Positions 56,758 through 64,000 of a stretch of 64,000 nt of DNA are shown here, piece after piece (position 1 is the first letter of the stretch; each line of letters starts with the position of its first letter). Below the pieces are notes generated by a model. That model was given only the letters and a program-made list of their open reading frames with translations. It had not been told where the DNA came from and made no database searches. Source of the DNA: a virus. Both the position numbers and the translations under genes were made by a program. The DNA is taken from the IMG/VR virus record IMGVR_UViG_3300031088_000734. One strand, 5' to 3'.

Positions 56758-57766
56758 TTCTATTCACATCCGCGTTCTTTTCATCATGTTTTGTGGCCCT
56801 AATAAGTAAAGCTATTAGAGAGCCTTTTTTTGAAACATCTATTTCTTTTAGTGCATCGTTTAAACCTTTATTTTTATAAATATCAATAATTTTCATATCA
56901 TTTTCTTTGTATCTAGCATTCATTTTATTGTTAAGAGATAATTTTGTTAGCTGATAATTATCTCCCATTTTTTCCTTCAAATAAGTTTCATCATAATTAA
57001 CATGATTGGCGTAAAATTTTTCCACCATTGTAAATATTTCTTCATTACTTGGTTTGTTGGTTGAAACATACATTAAGAGATCAAGAAAATTCGTTTGATT
57101 ATCTGTTAATCTATCTAAGGTTGACACACCATCTTCATAACTTTCAGCTCCTAATAGAGTGACTTTATGTTTCATAATCGGTGACCCAACAGGTTTTAGT
57201 TTACTTATATTGATTGCTGATTTATTTGCTATATCTACTCTTAAAATATTATTTTCTATATTTAAAATAAATGAAACCAGTAAACATGCAAAGGCTACAT
57301 AAACTAGACCTTTTTTATTTTTAAAATCAAAATTATAGGCTAATAAAGCACTTATTATTGCAATAATTAAATAATAAACACCAAATATAGAAGCTTCAAA
57401 CTCTTCAATTGACGTTTTATTATAACCATCAATGGCATATATTTTAATTAGGCTAATTATACCCGTTATAATTAATTGTATGATTAACGCTTTAGATAAT
57501 TTTCTCATTATTTCGCCTTGTCCGCGATATAAAATGATAATTAAATAATTAATCACAAAAAATGTTATAAAAACAATACTGAAGTAATAATCTTTTTTTA
57601 CCTTAAAATACTCTTCGGCTGTTCCTGTTGATAATTCTGATGTAGAAATTATCCCATTTAAAAATCCGGCTGAGTCCATTATTCCAAAATATCCAATTAT
57701 AATCAATGCTAAATTTATTATCAAAAATGCCAATGCTACTTTATTACCTATTAATTTCATTTTCAC
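56741..57766 (-). CDS. polytopic membrane protein, tandem paralog B
   Basis: 341 aa; paralog of 55762-56757. Confidence 0.8.
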   Translation of the reverse strand: MKMKLIGNKVALAFLIINLALIIIGYFGIMDSAGFLNGIISTSELSTGTAEEYFKVKKDYYFSIVFITFFVINYLIIILYRGQGEIMRKLSKALIIQLIITGIISLIKIYAIDGYNKTSIEEFEASIFGVYYLIIAIISALLAYNFDFKNKKGLVYVAFACLLVSFILNIENNILRVDIANKSAINISKLKPVGSPIMKHKVTLLGAESYEDGVSTLDRLTDNQTNFLDLLMYVSTNKPSNEEIFTMVEKFYANHVNYDETYLKEKMGDNYQLTKLSLNNKMNARYKENDMKIIDIYKNKGLNDALKEIDVSKKGSLIALLIRATKHDEKNADVNRNETSK

Positions 57767-58244
57767 TCCCTAATTTAAATTCTATGAATGGTTGATTTCC
57801 TTTTATATACAATGGGTGTTTGGGCATACCCGCCTTAGTTGTTCCTAAACAATACATTTCAACGCCTAATTCATTAAGCATGTTGTACACTTCGACTACT
57901 CTGTCCATCTTGGCATTCCCGCCCCACGCACAGATGATTCTTTTATGTTTGCTGAATAAATTCATAAGGTATGCATCATTATCTGTTCCTACTGGGTCAT
58001 CTGTTAACCACAAGCTTTTCGGAGTCGGTGAACGAAAGGCGTATAAATTAACCACTTTCAATGAATCATGCCCATTGTCTTTGGCAAACTGTATACACCT
58101 TCTAATAGTAGGGTCATCAATCATTGCATCGGCTGTACTGGGGTTTAGCATACAAAAGATAGCTGGGTTATGTGCGTTCTCTACAAAGTCACGTCCCAAC
58201 TCATAACGAAATTTTAGGCATTGACTAATAATGGCTGTTTTCAT
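57744..58244 (-). CDS. DUF1643 family protein
   Basis: ATG 58244 after AAGGAG; MLNPSTAD...DDPTIRRC...NLYAFRS...CAWG...PKHPLY. Confidence 0.85.
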   Translation of the reverse strand: MKTAIISQCLKFRYELGRDFVENAHNPAIFCMLNPSTADAMIDDPTIRRCIQFAKDNGHDSLKVVNLYAFRSPTPKSLWLTDDPVGTDNDAYLMNLFSKHKRIICAWGGNAKMDRVVEVYNMLNELGVEMYCLGTTKAGMPKHPLYIKGNQPFIEFKLGSENEINR

Positions 58245-58434
58245 ATTTATTTTCTCCTTATGGCAGAATATATGACAAACCAACTACAGTCAAATAAATC
58301 AATATTATAAGGATAATACATAATGTTTTAATATAAAAATATAATTAATTAAAATCAAAGTATTATACATAAAGTATGATTGAAATCTTAACGAAAAAGA
58401 TGTAAAGTTTAAGTCCTTAACAAAGGATTAAATT

Positions 58435-58944
58435 ATGAAATTCTTTCTGTTGGTCAGTGTTGGAATACTCAGTGTTTTGTTAGCCACTGCCAATGAGCCA
58501 TTCAACAGAAAATTACCTTATACTTTGTCTATTACTGACAGTCAAAAACAATTGAATTTTTCTGTTCCTACCTCTGTTGGTACCATTTCATACTTTTCTA
58601 CCAATGAAAACAACGAAACATTGTTGACGCAGTGTTTGGCTGGTATTGATGTTATGAACCAAGAACATATCAAGCGTTTAAACTACAACAATAAACAGAT
58701 AGATGCAGACATCACGGTTTTTGTCATGTCAAAAAATGATGACCTATTTAAAGCAATGGTTATTTATTCAAAATTAGATGATAATTCTATTCAAAACAAA
58801 TCAACTGAAAACCTCTGCAATTCTTTAAATGGTTCTTATTCAACAAAAAAATGGATGGTTGATCTTTCGTTCAACAAAATTACTTCAATTGCATTGAATG
58901 AGAACAATCAGCTATATTTGAAGATAGCCAAATATACTGACTAA
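58435..58944 (+). CDS. exported protein, tandem family member 1
   Basis: 169 aa, signal peptide, two Cys. Confidence 0.75.
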   Translation: MKFFLLVSVGILSVLLATANEPFNRKLPYTLSITDSQKQLNFSVPTSVGTISYFSTNENNETLLTQCLAGIDVMNQEHIKRLNYNNKQIDADITVFVMSKNDDLFKAMVIYSKLDDNSIQNKSTENLCNSLNGSYSTKKWMVDLSFNKITSIALNENNQLYLKIAKYTD

Positions 58945-59003
58945 CTAGAATTGTAATCAGTATTTAACCTAGTATACTACTTATACAATTAGGAGGATTT
59001 ATC

Positions 59004-59510
59004 ATGTTTAAAAATTTTATTGCTGCTAGTCTTTTAATATCATCAGGTTTTGTGTATGCAGAAAATATTGTGGATGAAAAACCTTATATTCTTTATGTGA
59101 CAGATAAACAACATAAAATTAGCAATGTTTTAAGACTTGATGTTGATGGATTTCCATCTTCTGGTGGTGGAATACTTAAAGAAAAAAATAAAACCACTGA
59201 TTGTAACCTAGAACCTTATGATTTTGAAGTTTATTCGTCCACTGATCAATTTTCTGGTATGTCTGTAAGAACCTTATCTCAAACTAGAGAGATTTTTCAT
59301 ATTGTGTTTAAATTAACCTACACTGAAGACTTTTCTACTGAAAATGCTATTAAGTTGAACGATACTTGCACTATTGCGAATAATGTCTCTACTTCTGTTG
59401 ATGTCCAATGGGCGGGTGATATTCAGTTTGGAGAAAAGAAAGTTATTAAGCTTCCTAACAAGAATGAACTCTATATGGAAGTGTTGAAAGGATATCCGAT
59501 TGACATTTAA
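59004..59510 (+). CDS. exported protein, tandem family member 2
   Basis: 168 aa, signal peptide VYA|; DVQWAGDIQFG. Confidence 0.8.
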   Translation: MFKNFIAASLLISSGFVYAENIVDEKPYILYVTDKQHKISNVLRLDVDGFPSSGGGILKEKNKTTDCNLEPYDFEVYSSTDQFSGMSVRTLSQTREIFHIVFKLTYTEDFSTENAIKLNDTCTIANNVSTSVDVQWAGDIQFGEKKVIKLPNKNELYMEVLKGYPIDI

Positions 59511-59579
59511 ATATATATTTTAATATGATTGTATTAATCATTTAATTAACTTATAATAAAATTTTATTAGGAGTTAATT

Positions 59580-60110
59580 ATGCTAAAAACCATATTTATA
59601 ACAAGTTCTTTACTTATATCATCTATGTCTGCATATGCGGATGTTGCGTCTTACAAAATTGACATCAAAGAGAAACTTGATGACAGTTCATTTTCAATTA
59701 CAACACCGATGGGCAGCATTGTTCCATTCCAAAAAGGTGGAAATCCATTAAAAAATGAAAAGTGTTCTATTGTCTTGAATGATGGCACTACAAAAACAGA
59801 ATTTGAAACGAACCAAATAAAGTCAGATAAAAATAATACCTTAACTGCATCTGTATATCCTGTTTCTATTGATGGTGATAAAGTTAAATTTGTATTGGTG
59901 TATAGTAAGCAAGATATGATGACTTCACAAGAGGCTCAAGACTTCATGCAGATTGGTGAAAACTGTAAGTTCCATAACTCAGTTGTTCATGCAGTCTCTA
60001 CTGATGTCCATTGGGCTGGTGATGTAACGTTAGGTAAACATACCACTATTCCAGTATCTTCAAATAATTCAATTGATGTACTTATTACAGAAGTTAAACC
60101 AACTAAATAA
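59580..60110 (+). CDS. exported protein, tandem family member 3
   Basis: 176 aa, AYA|; VYPVSIDGDKVK, DVHWAGDVTLG. Confidence 0.8.
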   Translation: MLKTIFITSSLLISSMSAYADVASYKIDIKEKLDDSSFSITTPMGSIVPFQKGGNPLKNEKCSIVLNDGTTKTEFETNQIKSDKNNTLTASVYPVSIDGDKVKFVLVYSKQDMMTSQEAQDFMQIGENCKFHNSVVHAVSTDVHWAGDVTLGKHTTIPVSSNNSIDVLITEVKPTK

Positions 60111-60137
60111 TAGCTCACTCATTTCTGGAGATTTACA

Positions 60138-60671
60138 ATGTTAAAAAAAATGTTAATTGCAAGTTCATTGACACTTATTTCATTATCAGCTTTTGCTGAT
60201 GTCGTTGCACCACCTTTATACAGTATTGAGGTTATAGATACTGATGGGGTCGTTAACCATTCTGTCTTTTCGGTTACCACACCTATCGGTAAAGTAATGC
60301 CTGTTAAAGTGACACAAGAAAATAAAGATAATTCGACTAATTGTTCACTTTCTCTAAAAGACAATAACGAACTTACAGAATTAAACGTTGAACAAAAAAA
60401 CAGTATAGGCATTACATCAACGGTTTATCCGATGTCTATTGATGGTGATAACGTTAAACTTATGTTGACTTACAGTAAACAAGATGATGTCTCTTCAGAT
60501 AAAGCTATTGAATTAAGCAATACCTGTCATTTTGCGAATGCTGTTTCAACAACGACTAATGTTCAATGGTTAGGTAATGTTGAGCTTAATGAAAAAACAA
60601 AAATCCCATTAACTGGTAAAAACAGCTTGTTTGTTCTTATCAAGAAAGTTAATCCTAATGACAACCATTAA
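60138..60671 (+). CDS. exported protein, tandem family member 4
   Basis: 177 aa, AFA|; VYPMSIDGDNVK, NVQWLGNVELN. Confidence 0.8.
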   Translation: MLKKMLIASSLTLISLSAFADVVAPPLYSIEVIDTDGVVNHSVFSVTTPIGKVMPVKVTQENKDNSTNCSLSLKDNNELTELNVEQKNSIGITSTVYPMSIDGDNVKLMLTYSKQDDVSSDKAIELSNTCHFANAVSTTTNVQWLGNVELNEKTKIPLTGKNSLFVLIKKVNPNDNH

Positions 60672-61311
60672 TATCAATCAAGCCGTTAAACATAGCTGTC
60701 AACAACTAGGCTTTCCACAAGAATTTGTGGACTGCTTAGATATTGAGGCTGTATTGGCTGCAGAAAAACAACAAAAAACCATTTTAGCCATCAATTCGAA
60801 TTATTCTGGTTCAATTGACATTCATTCTAAACTGACTGATTCTGTTAACAAGTATAGTATTTGCGTAACATTTGATAATCCAGTTGATTTTCTAGAAAAA
60901 CGATCTTTATTTAATCAAATACACGAAGATTCATTTTGTTTCTTTAATCTTATTTTTGATCATAATTTCAACTTTGTGTCTTTTTCATTACCCTATTGTT
61001 TCCATGCCGAGCATGTATATGAAGAAATTGAGCATGATTTTGTCATCTTTTTTAAATTTGATATTGATAATCAATTAATAGGTTTAGAAGTCCGTGAATT
61101 TCGAGAAAACGATGAATTTTTTATGACCTCAAAGTCAAGCCATCTGTTAATGCCGATTGCTGATGAACTTTTATTGGTTGAATTCCTACGTTACAAATAC
61201 AGTCCAGAAATGATAGAACTCATTCCCGAATTTACCATACCAACAGCTTATGATTTTACATCTTCAGATCTTGAAAGTCGAATACAACTTGCCAGAATGA
61301 TAAAGTTTTAA
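60658..61311 (+). CDS. C-terminal-motif family protein (ends LARMIKF)
   Basis: ATG 60658, in frame with track ORF 60631-61311. Confidence 0.8.
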   Translation: MTTININQAVKHSCQQLGFPQEFVDCLDIEAVLAAEKQQKTILAINSNYSGSIDIHSKLTDSVNKYSICVTFDNPVDFLEKRSLFNQIHEDSFCFFNLIFDHNFNFVSFSLPYCFHAEHVYEEIEHDFVIFFKFDIDNQLIGLEVREFRENDEFFMTSKSSHLLMPIADELLLVEFLRYKYSPEMIELIPEFTIPTAYDFTSSDLESRIQLARMIKF

Positions 61312-61997
61312 TAATCAAACTCTTTATTTTGTAATCTTTCAAGAATTGTCATATCACCTTTATAATGTTTATCAATTACTTGTTTAAAAGCTTCAGTATC
61401 CCTGAAAAACAGATGATTTGATGGCTTACATATTTTGACATTCATGGCGTCTTCATAACTGTTAGAATGGCTAAATAATTTTTCATATTCCTTACCACGT
61501 TTTGACCATTCTCGTTTAGTCATACCTTCTGGTAAATCGGAATTATCATAATAGTCGTAACTGATTAAAGGCACATTGGCTTTTACATGCTCTATGATGT
61601 CTTTATACGCCGAGTTATTGTAGATGCGGTAGAATGTTTTCTTACCTTGTGTTTTAAAATAGATTTGGGTCATCTTGTTTAACGCACAACTGGATTGGAC
61701 TTTGGCTGCAAGATCAATCACCGCATAATAGAACTCATGCAGCTCAACTTGCCGTCCTTTGTATTTTTCGTGGATGATACTGAACAGTAATTGATTTTGA
61801 TAAGTTGCATATTTCTTTTCAAACACCCCTTTGAGAGAGGTTTCATGCTCAAATAATACAAAGTCATCAATAATTGATTTGTAAATGGCTTCTCTGGCGA
61901 TTTTGTTGGCAATTTCTTCAATCACCTTATTATGGCTATCAATTTCTGCCATTTTATTGGTATTCAGCACAAAGAAATTATCAATTACTGTTGACAT
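61308..61997 (-). CDS. hypothetical protein
   Basis: 229 aa, GAGG RBS; YYDNSDLPEGMTKREWSKRG. Confidence 0.8.
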   Translation of the reverse strand: MSTVIDNFFVLNTNKMAEIDSHNKVIEEIANKIAREAIYKSIIDDFVLFEHETSLKGVFEKKYATYQNQLLFSIIHEKYKGRQVELHEFYYAVIDLAAKVQSSCALNKMTQIYFKTQGKKTFYRIYNNSAYKDIIEHVKANVPLISYDYYDNSDLPEGMTKREWSKRGKEYEKLFSHSNSYEDAMNVKICKPSNHLFFRDTEAFKQVIDKHYKGDMTILERLQNKEFDY

Positions 61998-62168
61998 AGA
62001 TTACCCCTCAAATAATATGTTATTTTACGTTAAATATAATAGAAAGTCAATATTCCACACTATTTTCAATTTATTTCTTTATTTTTAACTTTTTTGTGAT
62101 TAAACACGTTGCTTTATAGGCTCTATTTTGATACAATGTCGTCAATGAAAACAACGGAGATACACCAC

Positions 62169-63323
62169 ATGTCAATTTTCCCAACTATCCGCCACATTGA
62201 TGACATCTTGCCAGCTTTGGTTGGTAAAGATTACATCGGCATCAACAAGCAATCTAACGGTGCAACCGTCATTTGCTATAACATCAGCAATGCTGAAGGT
62301 TTTGCTACGTCTTTTGAAAAAGAGTGCCGTGGTATCACTTTTGACCGTGATGGTAAAATTGTATCCCGTCCTTTGCATAAGTTCTTCAACTTGGCAGAGC
62401 GTGAGGAAGTATTGCCACAAAACTTGAATTGGGACGATGTTGTTGCTGTCTTTGATAAAATGGACGGTTCGATGATTACAGGTGGTGTATTCCACGGTGA
62501 AGTCTTCGTAAAATCGAAAAAATCCTTTGAATCGGATGTGGCTGTCTCTGCTTTGGCGTATGTGAAAGCAAACCAGAAATATTATGATTTCATCAAGCAT
62601 TGTGCTGATGTGGATTTGACACCTGTTTTTGAATACACTTCGCCAAATAACCGCATCGTGTTGCGTTACGATGAAGAAAAAATGACTGTCTTGCATGTTC
62701 GTCATAACATCACTGGTGTGTACCATACTCCAGATGAAGTGGCAGCATTGGCTAAGTCTTTTGATATTCCAGTGAACGCTCCATTGTTTGGTAAAGGCTT
62801 TGATTTGAAAGCATTGTTGGAATCTTTGAATACTGTTGAAGGTATAGAAGGTTATGTTATTCAGTTTAAAAACGGCGATATGGTGAAAGTCAAAACTCGC
62901 TGGTATGTAAATTTGCACCACGCTGTTACTTTCGTGCGTATCCGTGATATTGCTCGTTTGGTATTGTCGGAGAAAATTGACGACTACATTGCATTTGTTG
63001 CTTTGAATGCACCAGAAGCCGATTTGACTCAAATCCATCATATCAACGACACTATCAAAGGTGAAATTGAAGGAATCAAGAAAGAAGTTGATACTATTTT
63101 GGCTCAGCATCAAGATGCAGATTTCAAAACGTTGGCAACTACTTACTTGGGTCATCCATACTTCTCTTTCATCATGACAACTGCTCGTGGTAAAGAAGTG
63201 GATTATTTGGACTACTACGAACGTAACCGTTTGAAAGAAGTTTGGTCTTTGGATCAAGTGGATTTGGGTGACTTCACTGGCACCGACGAATCAGACGATG
63301 AAGTTCAAGTAGACGAAGACTGA
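62169..63323 (+). CDS. rnlA: RNA ligase, T4 Rnl1 (RnlA) family
   Basis: ATG 62169 after GGAG; KECRGITFD...SRPLHKFFN, DKMDGS (motif I), FEYTSPNNRIV, EGYVI (IV), VKVKTRWY (V). Confidence 0.88.
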   Translation: MSIFPTIRHIDDILPALVGKDYIGINKQSNGATVICYNISNAEGFATSFEKECRGITFDRDGKIVSRPLHKFFNLAEREEVLPQNLNWDDVVAVFDKMDGSMITGGVFHGEVFVKSKKSFESDVAVSALAYVKANQKYYDFIKHCADVDLTPVFEYTSPNNRIVLRYDEEKMTVLHVRHNITGVYHTPDEVAALAKSFDIPVNAPLFGKGFDLKALLESLNTVEGIEGYVIQFKNGDMVKVKTRWYVNLHHAVTFVRIRDIARLVLSEKIDDYIAFVALNAPEADLTQIHHINDTIKGEIEGIKKEVDTILAQHQDADFKTLATTYLGHPYFSFIMTTARGKEVDYLDYYERNRLKEVWSLDQVDLGDFTGTDESDDEVQVDED

Positions 63324-63340
63324 CATACAGTAACACCAAT

Positions 63341-63365
63341 AAAAGGCGGCTATGTCGCCTTTTTT
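63341..63365 (+). terminator. intrinsic terminator
   Basis: AAAAGGCGGC-TAT-GTCGCCTTTTTT. Confidence 0.85.
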
Positions 63366-63453
63366 CAGTTTGTTTTAATAGTTAAGAATAATATTTTCAT
63401 TGACCATATCTACAAAAAATAGTATAATTAGCCAAATCCTACGGAGTTATGCG

Positions 63454-64000
63454 ATGAATACCATTATCTCAAAAACCAAAGAAAAAACCGTCAATTCTAT
63501 TCTTTTTTCATGCACTTTAAACATAGCACTCATCATTGGTGGAGTTTACTTGGCTTACCTATCGTTAGTATGGACGTATCAACACTGGGCGATGATTTCT
63601 GGTTCTGTTGCTTCGTTCTTCTTGATGTTTAAACCTGCCAAAGATTTTTTGGTTAGTCATCTTGGAAAACTCTTTATCGTATGGGCAGTGATGACGGCTT
63701 GGTTTTTTTGCTTAAATTCTAAACTGGACAAAGAAAATCTTGAATTCGACTCCGTAGCAATGAATATCACTGATATTTTCATGTTCTTGGTTCCTTTCTT
63801 GGGTTTTATTGTCTTTGGAACAGTGCCCTTTAAACTCGATAGTTCATTGATTTTAATCAGCGTTATATCAAGTGTTATTTCTTTTGTGTGTTGTCTATTT
63901 TGGATTTGTATTGTCGGAATGCATCTTGAGAATATTTTTTCGAAAAAAGAATATGGTACAGTAATGGAAGATAATCCAGAACAATTGAAATTAGACTTGC
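63454..64000 (+). CDS. polytopic membrane protein, 3'-truncated by window edge
   Basis: ATG 63454 after GGAG; open to the end with several hydrophobic helices (MNTIISKTKEKTVNSILFSC...). Confidence 0.7.
   Translation, partial: MNTIISKTKEKTVNSILFSCTLNIALIIGGVYLAYLSLVWTYQHWAMISGSVASFFLMFKPAKDFLVSHLGKLFIVWAVMTAWFFCLNSKLDKENLEFDSVAMNITDIFMFLVPFLGFIVFGTVPFKLDSSLILISVISSVISFVCCLFWICIVGMHLENIFSKKEYGTVMEDNPEQLKLDL

Noticed and set aside
62172-63257. 361-aa minus-strand ORF
   Set aside because: Antisense shadow of the Rnl1-type ligase; no motif or RBS
1-64000. Genome-wide TAG reassignment (code 15 type) suggested by the CUA tRNA
   Set aside because: Standard-code ORFs tile the window densely and recognisable enzymes are uninterrupted; TAG stops checked are followed by another stop within about 15 codons

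Overview
AT-rich, gene-dense segment of about 100 mostly short ORFs, most on the + strand. Many are driven by their own sigma70-type promoters (TTGxxx-17-TATAAT, often TGnTATAAT) and closed by intrinsic terminators. This looks like the accessory/early region of a jumbo bacteriophage or a similar giant mobile element; no capsid, terminase or replication gene is recognisable here, so the element type is inferred. Recognisable genes: two RNA ligases (T4 Rnl1-like and DRB0094/Rnl2-like), signal peptidase I, KTSC, a CMP/dCMP-deaminase-like protein, a SAM methyltransferase, a GNAT, DUF1643, a HExxH metallopeptidase, a 965-aa Ig-like repeat protein, a pilin-like protein and tRNA-Arg(CCG). Two observations stand out. 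(1) A non-coding transcription unit (21372-21880) holds a structured RNA that reproduces the 23S rRNA GTPase-associated centre (L11-binding H43-H44), split by a 256-nt structured insert, followed by a D-arm-reduced tRNA with an amber (CUA) anticodon. (2) Sixteen otherwise divergent 207-319 aa proteins all end in the same C-terminal motif, hydrophobic-x-[DEKRN]-M-x-x-[I/C/F]-stop. All calls were made by eye; no database searches were run.
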